A DNA stretch of 64,000 nt from Macrostomum lignano (GCA_002269645.1 NIVC01000571.1:372001-436000), one strand, 5' to 3'. Positions 1 through 10,979 are shown, numbered from the stretch's first letter. Program-made: numbers and translations. Notes: generated from the sequence alone by a model not told the origin.

Positions 1-245
1 AGGCAGCAGTGAGGAACTTCTCCAAGCAGGTGAGATCCCACACCACCCCATCCAGCAGTGAGGGACTTCTCCAAGCAGGTGAGATCTCACACCACCCCAT
101 CCAGCAGTGAGGGACTTCTCCAAGCAGGTGAGATCCCACACCACCCCATGCAGCAGTGAGGGACTTCTCCAAACAACTCAGATCCCACACCACCCCATGC
201 AGCAGTGAGGGACTTCTCCAAGCAGCTCAGATCCCACACCACCCC
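1..245 (+). repeat. 49-bp intronic tandem repeat made of exon end plus splice donor
   Basis: GTGAGG recurs at 9, 58, 107, 156, 205. Unit is GCAGCAGTGAGGGACTTCTCCAAGCAG|GTGAGATCCCACACCACCCCAT. Truncated by the window edge. Confidence 0.9.
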
Positions 246-270
246 TGCTCACTCGCTCCCCAACTCACAG

Positions 271-732
271 ATCTGCACAGCGCTCCACTTCCTGCACAGC
301 CGCAGTCCCGTCACCCTGCACCGTGACATCAAGTGCTCCAACATAATGCTCACCAACGAGGGCCTCATCAAGCTGATCGACTTCGGTGTCGCCAAGGAGG
401 TCTTCGCCACAATGTGCAGCACCAAGACGGCGCACGGCACCCTCCATTTCATGGCTCCTGAGCTGTTCAGTGAGGACGAAGGAATCGTGTACTCACCCAA
501 GACTGACGTGTGGGCTTTCGGCTGCTCCGTGTTCGAGATGCTGGAGATGAAGCCTCCGAACTGGCAGTTCAGGTGGCAGCAGATCCCGCTGAGGATTCAC
601 AACCACGACATGCCGCAGCTACCGGCGGAGGCCTCCGCCCTGCTGAGGGACTTCTACGGACGGTGCGTCCAGAGGGAGCCGAGGAGGCGAGCGGCCGCCG
701 CGGAGCTGCTGGAGCACAAATTTCTGCAGTGA
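271..732 (+). CDS. Last coding exon of a STE11/MAP3K (MEKK2/3-like) Ser/Thr kinase
   Basis: Acceptor CACAG at 270. Motifs HRDIKCSN, DFG, GTLHFMAPE, KTDVWAFGC and EMLEMKPP. Stop at 730-732, AATAAA at 1007-1012. Upstream exons lie outside the window. Confidence 0.88.
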   Translation: MCTALHFLHSRSPVTLHRDIKCSNIMLTNEGLIKLIDFGVAKEVFATMCSTKTAHGTLHFMAPELFSEDEGIVYSPKTDVWAFGCSVFEMLEMKPPNWQFRWQQIPLRIHNHDMPQLPAEASALLRDFYGRCVQREPRRRAAAAELLEHKFLQ

Positions 733-983
733 CAGACTGGCATGAGTCAGTGACAGACTGGCATGAGTCAGTGACAGATTGGCATGAGTCAGTGACAGAC
801 TGGCATGAGTCAGTGACAGATTGGCATGAGTCAGTGACAGATTGGCATGAGTCAGTGACAGATTGGCATGAGTCAGTGACAGACTGGCATGAGTCAGTGA
901 CAGATTCGCATGGGTCAGTGACAGATTGGCATGAGTCAGTGACAGATTGGCTTGAGTCAGTGACAGATTGGCATGAGTCAGTG
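727..983 (+). repeat. 21-bp tandem repeat in the kinase 3' UTR
   Basis: About 12 copies of CAGTGACAGATTGGCATGAGT. The first copy contains the stop codon. Confidence 0.95.
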
Positions 984-1383
984 CCAATTTGGGCTCCTGT
1001 GCTGCTAATAAACATATATTTAATCAATTTTGATATGTAGCTCGCTATAAAGTTCTGTCGAAATTGGTTCAAAGTGAGAAATTGTTCATTCGATGCTGAT
1101 TAAAATATTCTACCGATGTTGGAAATTCCAAATCACAATATACTTCAACCGCCGTTATCTATTGTTCTGCTGCACAGCTGTTTTGCCCATTTGCCAATCT
1201 TTGAATGCTTTTTTACTTGCTCCGAGTAATCATACGAACTTCCAAAGTTCTCGGAGTACAGCTAGCTCAGTACCTTGTGTTTATTGCCGTTCAAATACAA
1301 GCCCAAAACTGCAGCCGCTTTCAGAGCACTAAAGTGATTTTCTTCTTGGTGACTAGCGTTCATTTTAACTGCTGTCATTGTCC

Positions 1384-2535
1384 ATGATCCCAAATTCATG
1401 ATCCCAACTGTCACTGATCCCAATTGTCACTGATCCAAATTGTCACTGATCCCAAATTCATGATCCCAATTGTCACTGATTTCAATTGTCACTGATCCCA
1501 ATTGTCACTGATCCCAATTGTCACTGATCCCAATTGTCACTGATCCCAATTGTCACTGATCCCAATTGTCACTGATTTCAATTGTCAATGATCCCAACTG
1601 TCACTGATCTCAATTGTCACTAAACCCAATTGTCAATGATCCCAACTGTCACTGATTTCAATTGTCACTGATCCCAATTGTCACTGATCCCAATTGTCAC
1701 TGATTTCAATTGTCAATGATCTCAATTGTCACTAAACCCAATTGTCAATGATCCCAACTGTCACTGATTTCAATTGTCACTGATCCCAATTGTCACTGAT
1801 CCCAACTGTCTTTGATTTCAATTGTCAATGATTTCTCAATTGTCACTGATCCCAACTGTCTTTGATTTCAATTGTCAATGATTTCTCAATTGTCACTGAT
1901 CCCAATTGTCACTGATCCCAATTGTCACTGATCCCAATTGTCACTGATCCCAATTGTCACTGATTTCAATTGTCAATGATCCCAACTGTCACTTATCTCA
2001 ATTGTCACTAAACCCAATTGTCAATGATCTCAACTGTCACTGATTTCAATTGTCACTGATCCCAATTGTCACTGATCCCAATTGTCACTGATCACAACTG
2101 TCTTTGATTTCAATTGTCAATGATTTCTCAATTGTCACTGATCCCAACTGTCTTTGATTCCAATTGTCACTGATCCCAATTGTCACTGATCCCAATTGTC
2201 ACTGATCCCAATTGTCACTGATCCCAATTGTCACTGATCCCAATTGTCACTGATCATCTCAATTGTCACTGATCCCAATTGTCACTGATCATCTCAATTG
2301 TCACTGATCCTAACTGTCACTGATTTCAATTGTCAATGATTTCTCAATTGTCACGGATCTCAATTGTCACTAAACCCAATTGTCAATGATCCCAACTGTC
2401 ACTGATCCCAATTGTCACTGATCCCAACCATCACTGATCTCAATTTTCACTGATCCCAATTGTCACTGATCCCGATTGTCACTGATCCCAATTGTCACTG
2501 ATCCCGATTGTCACTGATCTCAATTGTCACTGATC
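1384..2535. repeat. 16-bp minisatellite
   Basis: Unit GATCCCAATTGTCACT, about 70 variable copies. Confidence 0.95.
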
Positions 2536-2790
2536 CTACTTATCATAAATGAGTCGATAATACTTTATCGTATTTTTTTTATTACTTAACATTCATGCAA
2601 CTCTCTGCTTAGGATAAATCATACAAGTATTTCATCAAGCTGTTTGATAAACAAAATTTCTGACAGATAAAACTATTCTGCATGCAGCCACCTGCCTAGC
2701 CGAAAGCTGAGATTCTGAATGAGAAAATTAAACTAGCCAATAAATTTCACATACCAAGGGCAGCGGCCCCTTGTTTATGAGTTCATCACG

Positions 2791-2950
2791 ATTGGGGTGG
2801 AGCTGAGCCAGGGTCAATATGTGTGTACATTATTGCCTTCGCTGGATGTACAACAGGCTGACCCCAGCAGCCAATCAGAAAGCGCGAGATTTTTTCGCTG
2901 CACCCATTGGCTGAGGCTGCAAGTTGTCAGCCCTCTGTGCTGAGCTATAA
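2791..2950 (+). promoter_or_regulatory. Putative promoter of the ankyrin gene
   Basis: ATTGG at 2791, CCAAT at 2871, ATTGG at 2906 and TATAA at 2946, about 60 nt upstream of the ATG. Confidence 0.45.
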
Positions 2951-3009
2951 CATCAGGTGTTACCCAGACTGGCAGTCACAGCTGGCAGCCCCCCAAGTTC
3001 TCAAGTGCC

Positions 3010-4308
3010 ATGACTAGCGATCTGGAGCAGCTGCTGCAGGAGGCGCAGGCCGACCCCAGCGCGCCCGAGGACATCGCGGACCGCATCTACGAGGCCGAGG
3101 GCATCCGCTTCCTGCTGGACAAGTTCGGCGACAGCGTGCTGCACGCCGCAGACGATGCCGGCAACACCGTGGCCAACTTGACGGCTCGCTGGTGCCAGAC
3201 CGACGAGCCGCTGCAGCTGCTCAGCGAAGCCTTGAGCAGCGCTGGCTGGAGCGTGTGCGAGTTCTTCACCAACCCGGGAGCCGAGAACGCCTGCCCTCTG
3301 CACTGCGCTGCCAAGAACCCCAGCATTGTCGCGCTGCAGTGGCTGATGCAGCTGCTGGGAGCCGAATACCTGCGCTCTCCTGACGCCTCGCACTGCCTCC
3401 CGGTGCACTACTCTGCACTGTACCAGTGCCCCGACGCTCTGGAGCTGTACAAGCGCGAGGCTGGCCTCTCCATCTTCGAGGAGACGACCAGTCGAGAGCG
3501 GACCGTCTTCCACTGCGCCACCATGAATGAGAGTGCCGACAACCTGCGCTGGCTGATCAGCGAGCTGGACGGCGAAGGCAGCTTCCTGGTGGCTCGCGAC
3601 ATCTCAGGCAACACGCCGGTGCATCTGGCCGCCTGGTGCCAGGACGTGGACACCATGGAGCTGCTGAAGGAGCACCTGGGTGAAGAGATGTTTGACCTGT
3701 CCGGCGAGGACGGCGAGACCCTGGCTCACAGCGCCGCCCAGAACACGCAGAGCGGCGAAGTGCTGGCTTGGTGCATCCGGGAGATGGGCCCGGAGCGCCT
3801 GGCCACCGCTGACTGCTGGGGCAAGACCGTCACCCATCGGGCAGCAGAGAACCAGACGGCGGAGTCGCTGCAGCTGCTGTTTGAGGCACTCGGCCGGCCG
3901 TGCCTGGAGGCCGTGGACAGCTCCGGCCGCTCCGCCGTGCACTACGCGGCCACCAACACCGCCAGCGACTCGGCGTTGCGGTGGATCGTCGACCTGCTCG
4001 GGCCTTCGTGTCTGGTCAAGGAGACAGATGCGCAGGGTATCAAGCCAGTCCACTTGATGGCGCGGCACCTGGACACGGAGGCGCTGGACTACCTGGACAG
4101 CCTGGATTACCGGCTGGTGTTCCGAACAACCGACCGGGACGGGCGCACGCTGGTGCACTACGCCGCCGAGAATGAGCTGTGCCGCGACATGCTGGCCTGG
4201 TGCGTCAGCCACCTGGAGGACCCGATGTGGCTGCAGGAGGAGGACTTGTTCGGCAAGAGTCCGCTGTACATTGCCAGCGGCCGCAAGCCGGAGTACGTGA
4301 TTGAATAA
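3010..4308 (+). CDS. Intronless ankyrin-repeat protein, 432 aa
   Basis: About 11 repeats of 35-37 aa with the G-x-T-x-x-H-x-A-A pattern. Kozak-like GCCATG start, AATAAA at 4501. Confidence 0.9.
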   Translation: MTSDLEQLLQEAQADPSAPEDIADRIYEAEGIRFLLDKFGDSVLHAADDAGNTVANLTARWCQTDEPLQLLSEALSSAGWSVCEFFTNPGAENACPLHCAAKNPSIVALQWLMQLLGAEYLRSPDASHCLPVHYSALYQCPDALELYKREAGLSIFEETTSRERTVFHCATMNESADNLRWLISELDGEGSFLVARDISGNTPVHLAAWCQDVDTMELLKEHLGEEMFDLSGEDGETLAHSAAQNTQSGEVLAWCIREMGPERLATADCWGKTVTHRAAENQTAESLQLLFEALGRPCLEAVDSSGRSAVHYAATNTASDSALRWIVDLLGPSCLVKETDAQGIKPVHLMARHLDTEALDYLDSLDYRLVFRTTDRDGRTLVHYAAENELCRDMLAWCVSHLEDPMWLQEEDLFGKSPLYIASGRKPEYVIE

Positions 4309-4840
4309 CCTTTGACCCTCTCGTGCCGTGATTTTCTTTATTTTATCCCTTGCTTAGTAAAGACTTCTGCTAAATCCTAGACCGTGTCTCTGTGAATGAG
4401 ACAGGACTCCTTTTTATGATTTTTTTTTGTAGTGAGAAGGTTTTATTCCTTGCACTACTGTTTGTTAATCCAATGCAAGTCGAATTCGCACCCGGAAGAG
4501 AATAAAATCGCACAGAAGAGCTAACTTTTGGTCAACTCAAATTTTAGACAAAATAGCATGCGTATAATTTAGCTTTTATATTGAGTTTTAGGGAGAATCT
4601 TGGGAGCGAATAGCAACTGACAGTCATTGCTTTCGTATGGCAGCTTCCTGGGCTCGGGAAGGGAGACTGGTGCTAAAATTCAGTATTGTGTGCTCAAACT
4701 CTTGGACAACAGTAAGACACCAAGGTATGAACGATCCATTCCAACCATCGCTTAGCAATAGGAGAATATCAGAGCAGCACATTCGAGAGAGTGAAATTTT
4801 ATAGTTAAAACGCAGCAAACGAATCGGCGGTCGTCAGGCG

Positions 4841-7390
4841 TCACTCTGGCAGCAGGGTGTCGTCCAGCTCCTCGTCCGCGAACTCGTCCACCGGGGCGCG
4901 CCTCGCCGCCGTCCTCGGGCGCTCGCGCTCCGCTCCCAGTGGGTCCTCGTAGTCCATGCTGGGCTGCTGCTGCAGGGGCTGCCGCTGCTGCTGGTGCGGC
5001 TGCGGCGGCATTTGCGCCTGAGGCCGGTAGCCGCCGGTGCCCGCCGAGTTCTCTCTGCTGCCCGCCTGGCCAACGACGCTGCTGCGCCGTCCAGCGCTGG
5101 CCTGCCGCTGCTCTCGGGCCTCCTGGCTCTTCTCGGCTTTCTTCAGTTTGGCAGTGTATTCGGCCGCCTCGTCCAGGCCGAGGTCGGTGCTGATCCGCAC
5201 CAGGAACTTCAGGCATTCAACATTGTCTGGGAAGCGCCTGTGCACGGACTTGTAGGTCTCCAGAGCCACCTGGTAGTTGCCGCTGCGCCTGTGGCAGCTG
5301 GCGATCATCAGCGGCCACTTCACCTGGCCCGGCTGCATCATGGCGGCCCGCTCAAAGTAACCGATGGCCTTCTCGCAGAACTGCGCCTCGATGTAGTAGG
5401 CGCCCAGCCACTCAATCACCTGGAAGAGCAAAGCGGTAGGGGTCTCGACTTGAAATCACGTAAGTCTTAAAATAAACCAGCTCATTCCTAATAAGGATAT
5501 GTTGTCAGGCAAGCCTAAATCACAGAAGGCACCCCGTCCACTTACATCGAGGTTGGCCGGATAGTATCTGAAGGAATCGTAGTAGTAGGAGAACGCCTGC
5601 GACTTGTCACCCTCATCCTCGCAGAAAGCGGCCAGACGCTGCAGCAGCTTGGGGTCGGTGGGCAGAATGCCGTTCAGCTGCAGGTACCACTCCTGCGCCT
5701 GGTTGCGCTCGCCAATCTTCTCGAACACATCGGCCAGCTGGTAGATGACCTGCGCCGAGTTCTTGAAGATCGTGTGAAGCTTCTGAAACGCGTCCAGAGC
5801 CTCTTCCATGCGGCCCAGCCGCTTGTTGACCAGGCCCAGGTTGTACAGAGCCTCTACACAGGAGCTGTCGTTGTTCAGTGCGTCGTTGTAGAAGTCGCGA
5901 GCCCTTTCGAAGTCCTTCTGCTGGTAGAACACGTTGCCCTTGTTGACCAGAGCGGCCGGATTGTACCTGTCAGCCTGCAGCGACTGGTCAGCATACTTGT
6001 CCGCCTGCTGGAGGTTGCCTTCCAAGTAGTGCAGGAACGATAAATTCACTCCGGCAGCGGAGGCCAGCCGGGTGTCCTTTTTCTCGAAGGACTTCAATGA
6101 TTCGATGGCTTTGCGGTGGAGAGACTCCTCACCTTGGTGGAAGTCCCGCTGCTTGAGGAACATCATGGCCTTGTCGATCTCCAGATCGTGGCCGATGTTG
6201 AGGAAGGCGGAGGACTTTACCTGGTCGATGCACCAGTCGTAGCCGTCCGAAAAAGTCTCCTCGATGACCGGCGCGATAATCTTGGCAGCCATCTTGATGC
6301 GCCGCTCAGCGTCCTGCTCCCTCTCCATCTCCACTTTGCGCAGGTCGTCATTGCGGATGACTTCCTGAATGAGCTCCGTCTGCCTATCGCTGTTGGGCGC
6401 GAGGGTGTAGCGGTCCGGGTCACCCAGCTTCAAGTCGACGGAGAGCATCTTTGTGAAAGCCATCTTCATCATGTTCCTTTCGTTAATGGTGTAGTAGCAC
6501 AGCAACAGGTTGAAGCCAGTTTTGAAGTCCGGCTGCTCTTGCATGATGTGCTCGAACGACGTGATGGCGTCGTGCACCTGACCCATCTTGATGAAGGCAA
6601 TGCCGATGTTCTGCATGATCTTGATGCGCAGGCTTTTGTGCGTGTTGGGGATCTGATCCAGGGCCATACGGTAGAACTTGATGGCCTTGGCGAACTGCTT
6701 CTGCCGGAAGTAGATGTTGCCCATGTTGACCTTGAGTCTCCCGGCGTGGGCAAACATCTTGTTCTTCACGATGGCCTGATAGGCATTGAGGGCCTCCTGG
6801 TACATGTCATTCGCCTGGTACTGATTGGCCAGGTTGAATAGAACCATGTACGTCAGGTCCATGTTTGCCTGGTCCGTGCTGCTCAGGTCCTCTCGCTTCC
6901 GCAGCAGGTCCTTCTCCTTCTTGGCTGCCTCCTTCGCCTTCTGCAAGGCGGCGCCCTTTTCGCCACGCGACAGCGCCAGACAGGATTCTTCAACCAGCTG
7001 CACCACCTCCTTCTCCAGCGCCCGGATCTTCTCCTCCGGACTGTTATCCGCCTTGGCCTCGAGCGGCGGCGCCGGTCGAATGTCGCCAGCGGATCCTTTG
7101 CGAGCGTTGCGGGTGAAGCCGGCGGCTCGCACGGCGGTCATCGGCCGGGCCTCGGTGCCGGCAGCTCCGGCCCCGACCTGTCCGGTGCGCAGGCCGGCCC
7201 GCGTGCCCGTTGGCGGCGGCTTCCCCGCGGTGCCGGCGGCAGCGATGTTCGGGGCCCGCCTGCCGTGGCTGGTGCGCACAGCCTGCTGCACGGACTCGTC
7301 CCGGAGAATCTCCTCGGTGTTCAGAGCGGAGTACTCGTTAAAGCCGCCGTATAGGTCGTCCTCATCCTCCATGGCGTCGAATTGGTTCAT
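4841..7390 (-). CDS. IFT88: Intraflagellar transport protein 88 (TPR protein)
   Basis: Exons 7390-5546 and 5419-4841 with a phase-0 GTAAGT..CAG intron; possible extra 24-nt intron at 6132-6109. Conserved segments EDDLYGGFN, RPMTAVRAAGF, VIEWLGAYY and C-terminal FADEELDDTLLPE. Confidence 0.97.
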
Positions 7391-7664
7391 CGCTGGAGGC
7401 AGTTGATGAAAACACACTAAATTATTCGTTAGATGGAAAAGCTTTCAAAATACAAAAGCAGCTGCTTCACTACTGCGGGCCATGAACAAAAATTCGCTGG
7501 AATTCCACAGTTTGAATTTCGCGCCAAATTTTGCCGCGGCTGAGAGGAGAGGTGAGGCGGTGAGGAGGGGGCTCAGGAGACAGCCAACTGGCCTCTCCGC
7601 GAGGAGGGCAACTGTACTCTGGGCTGGGGCAGGTGGAGAGAGAGATATGAGAGAATTTGTGCGC

Positions 7665-7679
7665 GTATCGCATAGCAAC
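7665..7679. promoter_or_regulatory. Candidate RFX X-box upstream of IFT88
   Basis: GTATCGCATAGCAAC lies about 280 nt upstream of the ATG. One strong half-site (TAGCAAC); IFT genes are known RFX targets. Confidence 0.5.
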
Positions 7680-9953
7680 CGAAGAAAACATTTCAGGTCG
7701 GCTGTACATTGAATTCAAGAAGTTTCCTGCCCTTTCTGCCTCTGAGAACCCAAATTTCTCTTCCTTACAGTCGATGGATGAGTCTAATACAGTGCATTAT
7801 TTCTTAGTCAAAAGGACTGCAACTGCAATCGACTGAAATCAGCTAATTGTATGCAGTCGTGACTTTCGAGGAAAATACATTTCCTCAGAACCTCTTGCTT
7901 GTTTCAAAGCGAGTTTTAATTTTTCAAATTTAACTGCTGGTATGATTTTTCTATAGGTTTCAATACCATAATTTTACCGGGAATGACCAAGGGGCATCGT
8001 CGTCCCATTCTTCAGGGGCCAAGCGAATTTTCCTCATCAGCCCAGCTCCATAATATCGGGTGCAATCCCTTAACTTTTAAGTCTTTGACTTGGACGCAGG
8101 GGGCCCCCACAATTGCGCCCCCACCAAAATTGCGCCCCCCCCCCACAAAAATTGCGCCCTTCACAAGACACCCAATATTGGCGCCCCTAAGGATTGCGCC
8201 CCCCTCCAATACAAAATATTATATCTACATGTGCAAGTACGAGTATGACTTATAATTAAGCAAGGAAAAAATGTTGTAAAATTTCAAATTAAACTTAACA
8301 TGCTAAAGCTGCAGCATTATAAGAAAAATAGTAAATCAAGTTGCATTGTGTTCTCTAAATGAACAATTTTAGTCTTAAATCATTTAAGGACTATTTTAAT
8401 TACAACAGTCTTTAACTCATTACTGTTTCGCAAATTGTTTCTATTCCTGTTTAAATTCCAGGGTTTTCCAGGAAAATTATAGATTTGCTATTATAAACAG
8501 TTTAAAATCTTAGCACGTCTTAACTAACTACTATGCACATCTCTATTGGCGACAGAATGCAGTTGTGTACTAAAAAAGTTAGAAAAACTATTCAAGATTA
8601 AGCTAATAGTGGCAGCTTTTTTAGGCAAACTATTACAATGAACTTGTCCTAAATACAACTTGTCCCGTTTACACTTCAAACATTAAAAAGTTTACTCACT
8701 GACTTCTTCTCTTCTCTAGTTGGCCAGGGTTAGACCATTGCTAATTGTCTGTGATTTTTTAAGAAAAATAAATTTGCATCTACTAGGTTAACTTTTTTTA
8801 TTATAAATACATGTACCAGAATCCAGATGCAGGTGTCTAGATCTAGATATAGGAATAGTTTTAAACCAAGTTATGTTTTTCAAGCTATTAAATGCATTTT
8901 TCAGATATATTTTGCATCTCTTTACCTAATTTTCTGTTCCTAATTTTAGCATTGTTCTGTCTCACAATTTTTTTCAAAATTAAATATTTGCCATGCTAAA
9001 TTGCTAACAAGTATAATATTAATAAATAGCACACACTGATTATGATAAACAAAGAACTCAATTTTCAGAATAAAAACATAATAAAAATATTTAAAATGAA
9101 AAAGTATTTTTTAAATAATTTTTTTAATTATTGAATTTTGGGCCATTGCTTTAGGATCTTAGACAATAATTTATCTATTTCTATGGCCTTGGCCTTGCTA
9201 TTGGATAAAATAAAAAGTTATCACAGTTTTTGAAGCCTTCTATGAAATGAATACTTGCAGTATATGTAATGGTACTGCAGCAATATAGCTAAAACTTGAA
9301 TTCAGGTTGCTCTATATTAGTCAATAGCCTTTTTATATCTTTGCACATAGAAAGGCTTCTAGAAATTCTATGGTTTTATCTTCACAAACTACAAAAACTT
9401 TCTGTTTTAACCAATATATTATTGGCCAATTGAGCAATTTGCATTATGGCCAGGCTAAATTTGCCACTCTAAATCTAACTGATTGCCTCATTGCTGATTT
9501 GAAAGTGCTTATGCTACTGACCCCTTAGGTTGCTACTGTCTGCTATAAATGAATATTGAATTAAAAGTATTGTAGCTTAAAATTTTGTTGACCATATTAT
9601 CATTTGACAAAAAAATCTAAAAGTAAATAATAATTAATTTTATTTTTAATTAATTATTGTAACTTTATTTATTGTCTAGTTTAGATAGATTTCTTTATAT
9701 CTCACCTAAATGATTTTTTAATAGACCATTTTCAAAATTGTAATTGTTATCTTGAGTCATTCATTTACTTTCTAAATTTTTTGTTTGCAGATTAATAATT
9801 TTTAATAGAATTAATATGCTTTTTTATTTTTGATTCTTATCAAAATAATTCTTTGTCTAGTTTTCTCCTTAATTATTATTATAAAATCATTCTATAATAA
9901 AATGTTATTTTATAAATATATATATATACTTAGCAATAGTACCATTTTCTATC

Positions 9954-10139
9954 TTTTGGCATAGCCAAGAGGCCCTAAGGGGGCTAAAAGGCCTGCCTTC
10001 CAATATTATCCCCCCTGAAATTCTGCAAAGAAGTAACCCCCCCCTCAATTTTAGAGAAAAAATCTCCCCTCTTATACCCTCTCTTATAGGTGCTAAATAG
10101 GTCTCCCTTGAATTAAAAAAATTCTTGGCTATGCCACTG
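9954..10139. mobile_element. Short hAT-like MITE
   Basis: 14-bp inverted repeats TGGCATAGCCAAGA (9957-9970) and TCTTGGCTATGCCA (10123-10136). Flanking direct repeat TTTCTATC at 9946-9953 and 10140-10147. The left outer 3 bp are degenerate. Confidence 0.7.
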
Positions 10140-10368
10140 TTTCTATCTTATGTGTGTAGTATCTAGTCAGAAAAATTCCTATCATTGTTCAATCTATGAT
10201 TTATATACTAAGCAGAAAAAATATGAATTGATTAATGAAAATAATCAGTCATAATAAATTGCTGAAAGTTATATTATTTTTTGACAATTGTTTCTTTTTT
10301 ATCATTGTTCTATCAGTCTTAGACTCTTAGCAAACAAAAAGTAGGCAAAATTGTAGGCACTATTTTTG

Positions 10369-10658
10369 TTGATTACACCTGCCCAATGGGCAGATGTGCA
10401 ACCGACAGCTCAGCCGCAGCTATTGCGCGGCGCATCTGAAGGCTGCGTACGGCTGTTCAGTCCAAGGACTGGGGGGTCGCCACACACACCCTCAATTACC
10501 CCAGCTAATGCTGGTACCCATTTTACAGCTGGGTAAACTGAAGCAATGCAGAGTTAAGTGTCTTGCTCAAGGACACAAATTGTTGCAGAGGGATCGGGAA
10601 TCGAACCCCCGACCTTCAAGTCGTGAGTCCGACGCCCTAACCACTAGGCTACAACCCC
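10369..10658 (-). mobile_element. tRNA-derived SINE with CORE/MIR-like middle domain, copy 1
   Basis: Minus strand: A-box TAGCCTAGTGG, B-box GGTTCGATTCC, then GTGTCCTTGAGCAAGACACTTAAC..CAGTTTACCCAGCTGTAAAATGGG. A second, closely similar copy lies at 40064-40354. Confidence 0.85.
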
Positions 10659-10979
10659 TAGAAGGCACTATTAAAAGCTAATATCAAGCATATTTTTCAC
10701 ATTGAAAAAGATGTGCTTAGCTGTTCCATTGTGCAATGTTGCAATTTTTAGCAATATGACTACCACTCACCTATCTTCTTAGTCCTTGGGAATGCCTATT
10801 TATTTAAATTATTATTTCTTTTTATTCATGCCACAATTTGCCTTTGAACCTTCAAAGTTCTAGGTATTTTGTAAGCTTGTTATTAAAAAAATCTGCTAAT
10901 CTTAACCAGATTTGTCAAACCTCAAATCAGTCTTTTTTAGTTTCAACTTTTCAACTTTTTTGTTTAACTGCATGGCTGC

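Noticed and set aside
3001-7406. Antisense ORFs over the ankyrin and IFT88 genes (similar shadows lie over the Gypsy pol)
   Set aside because: Expected shadows of GC-rich coding sequence, with no independent motifs.
10580-10658. tRNA gene candidates (also about 40280-40354, 47930-47997, 39975-40000, 41975-42050)
   Set aside because: A/B boxes are present but I could not form a full cloverleaf. The first three continue into SINE bodies, and the last two are isolated B-box-like fragments.
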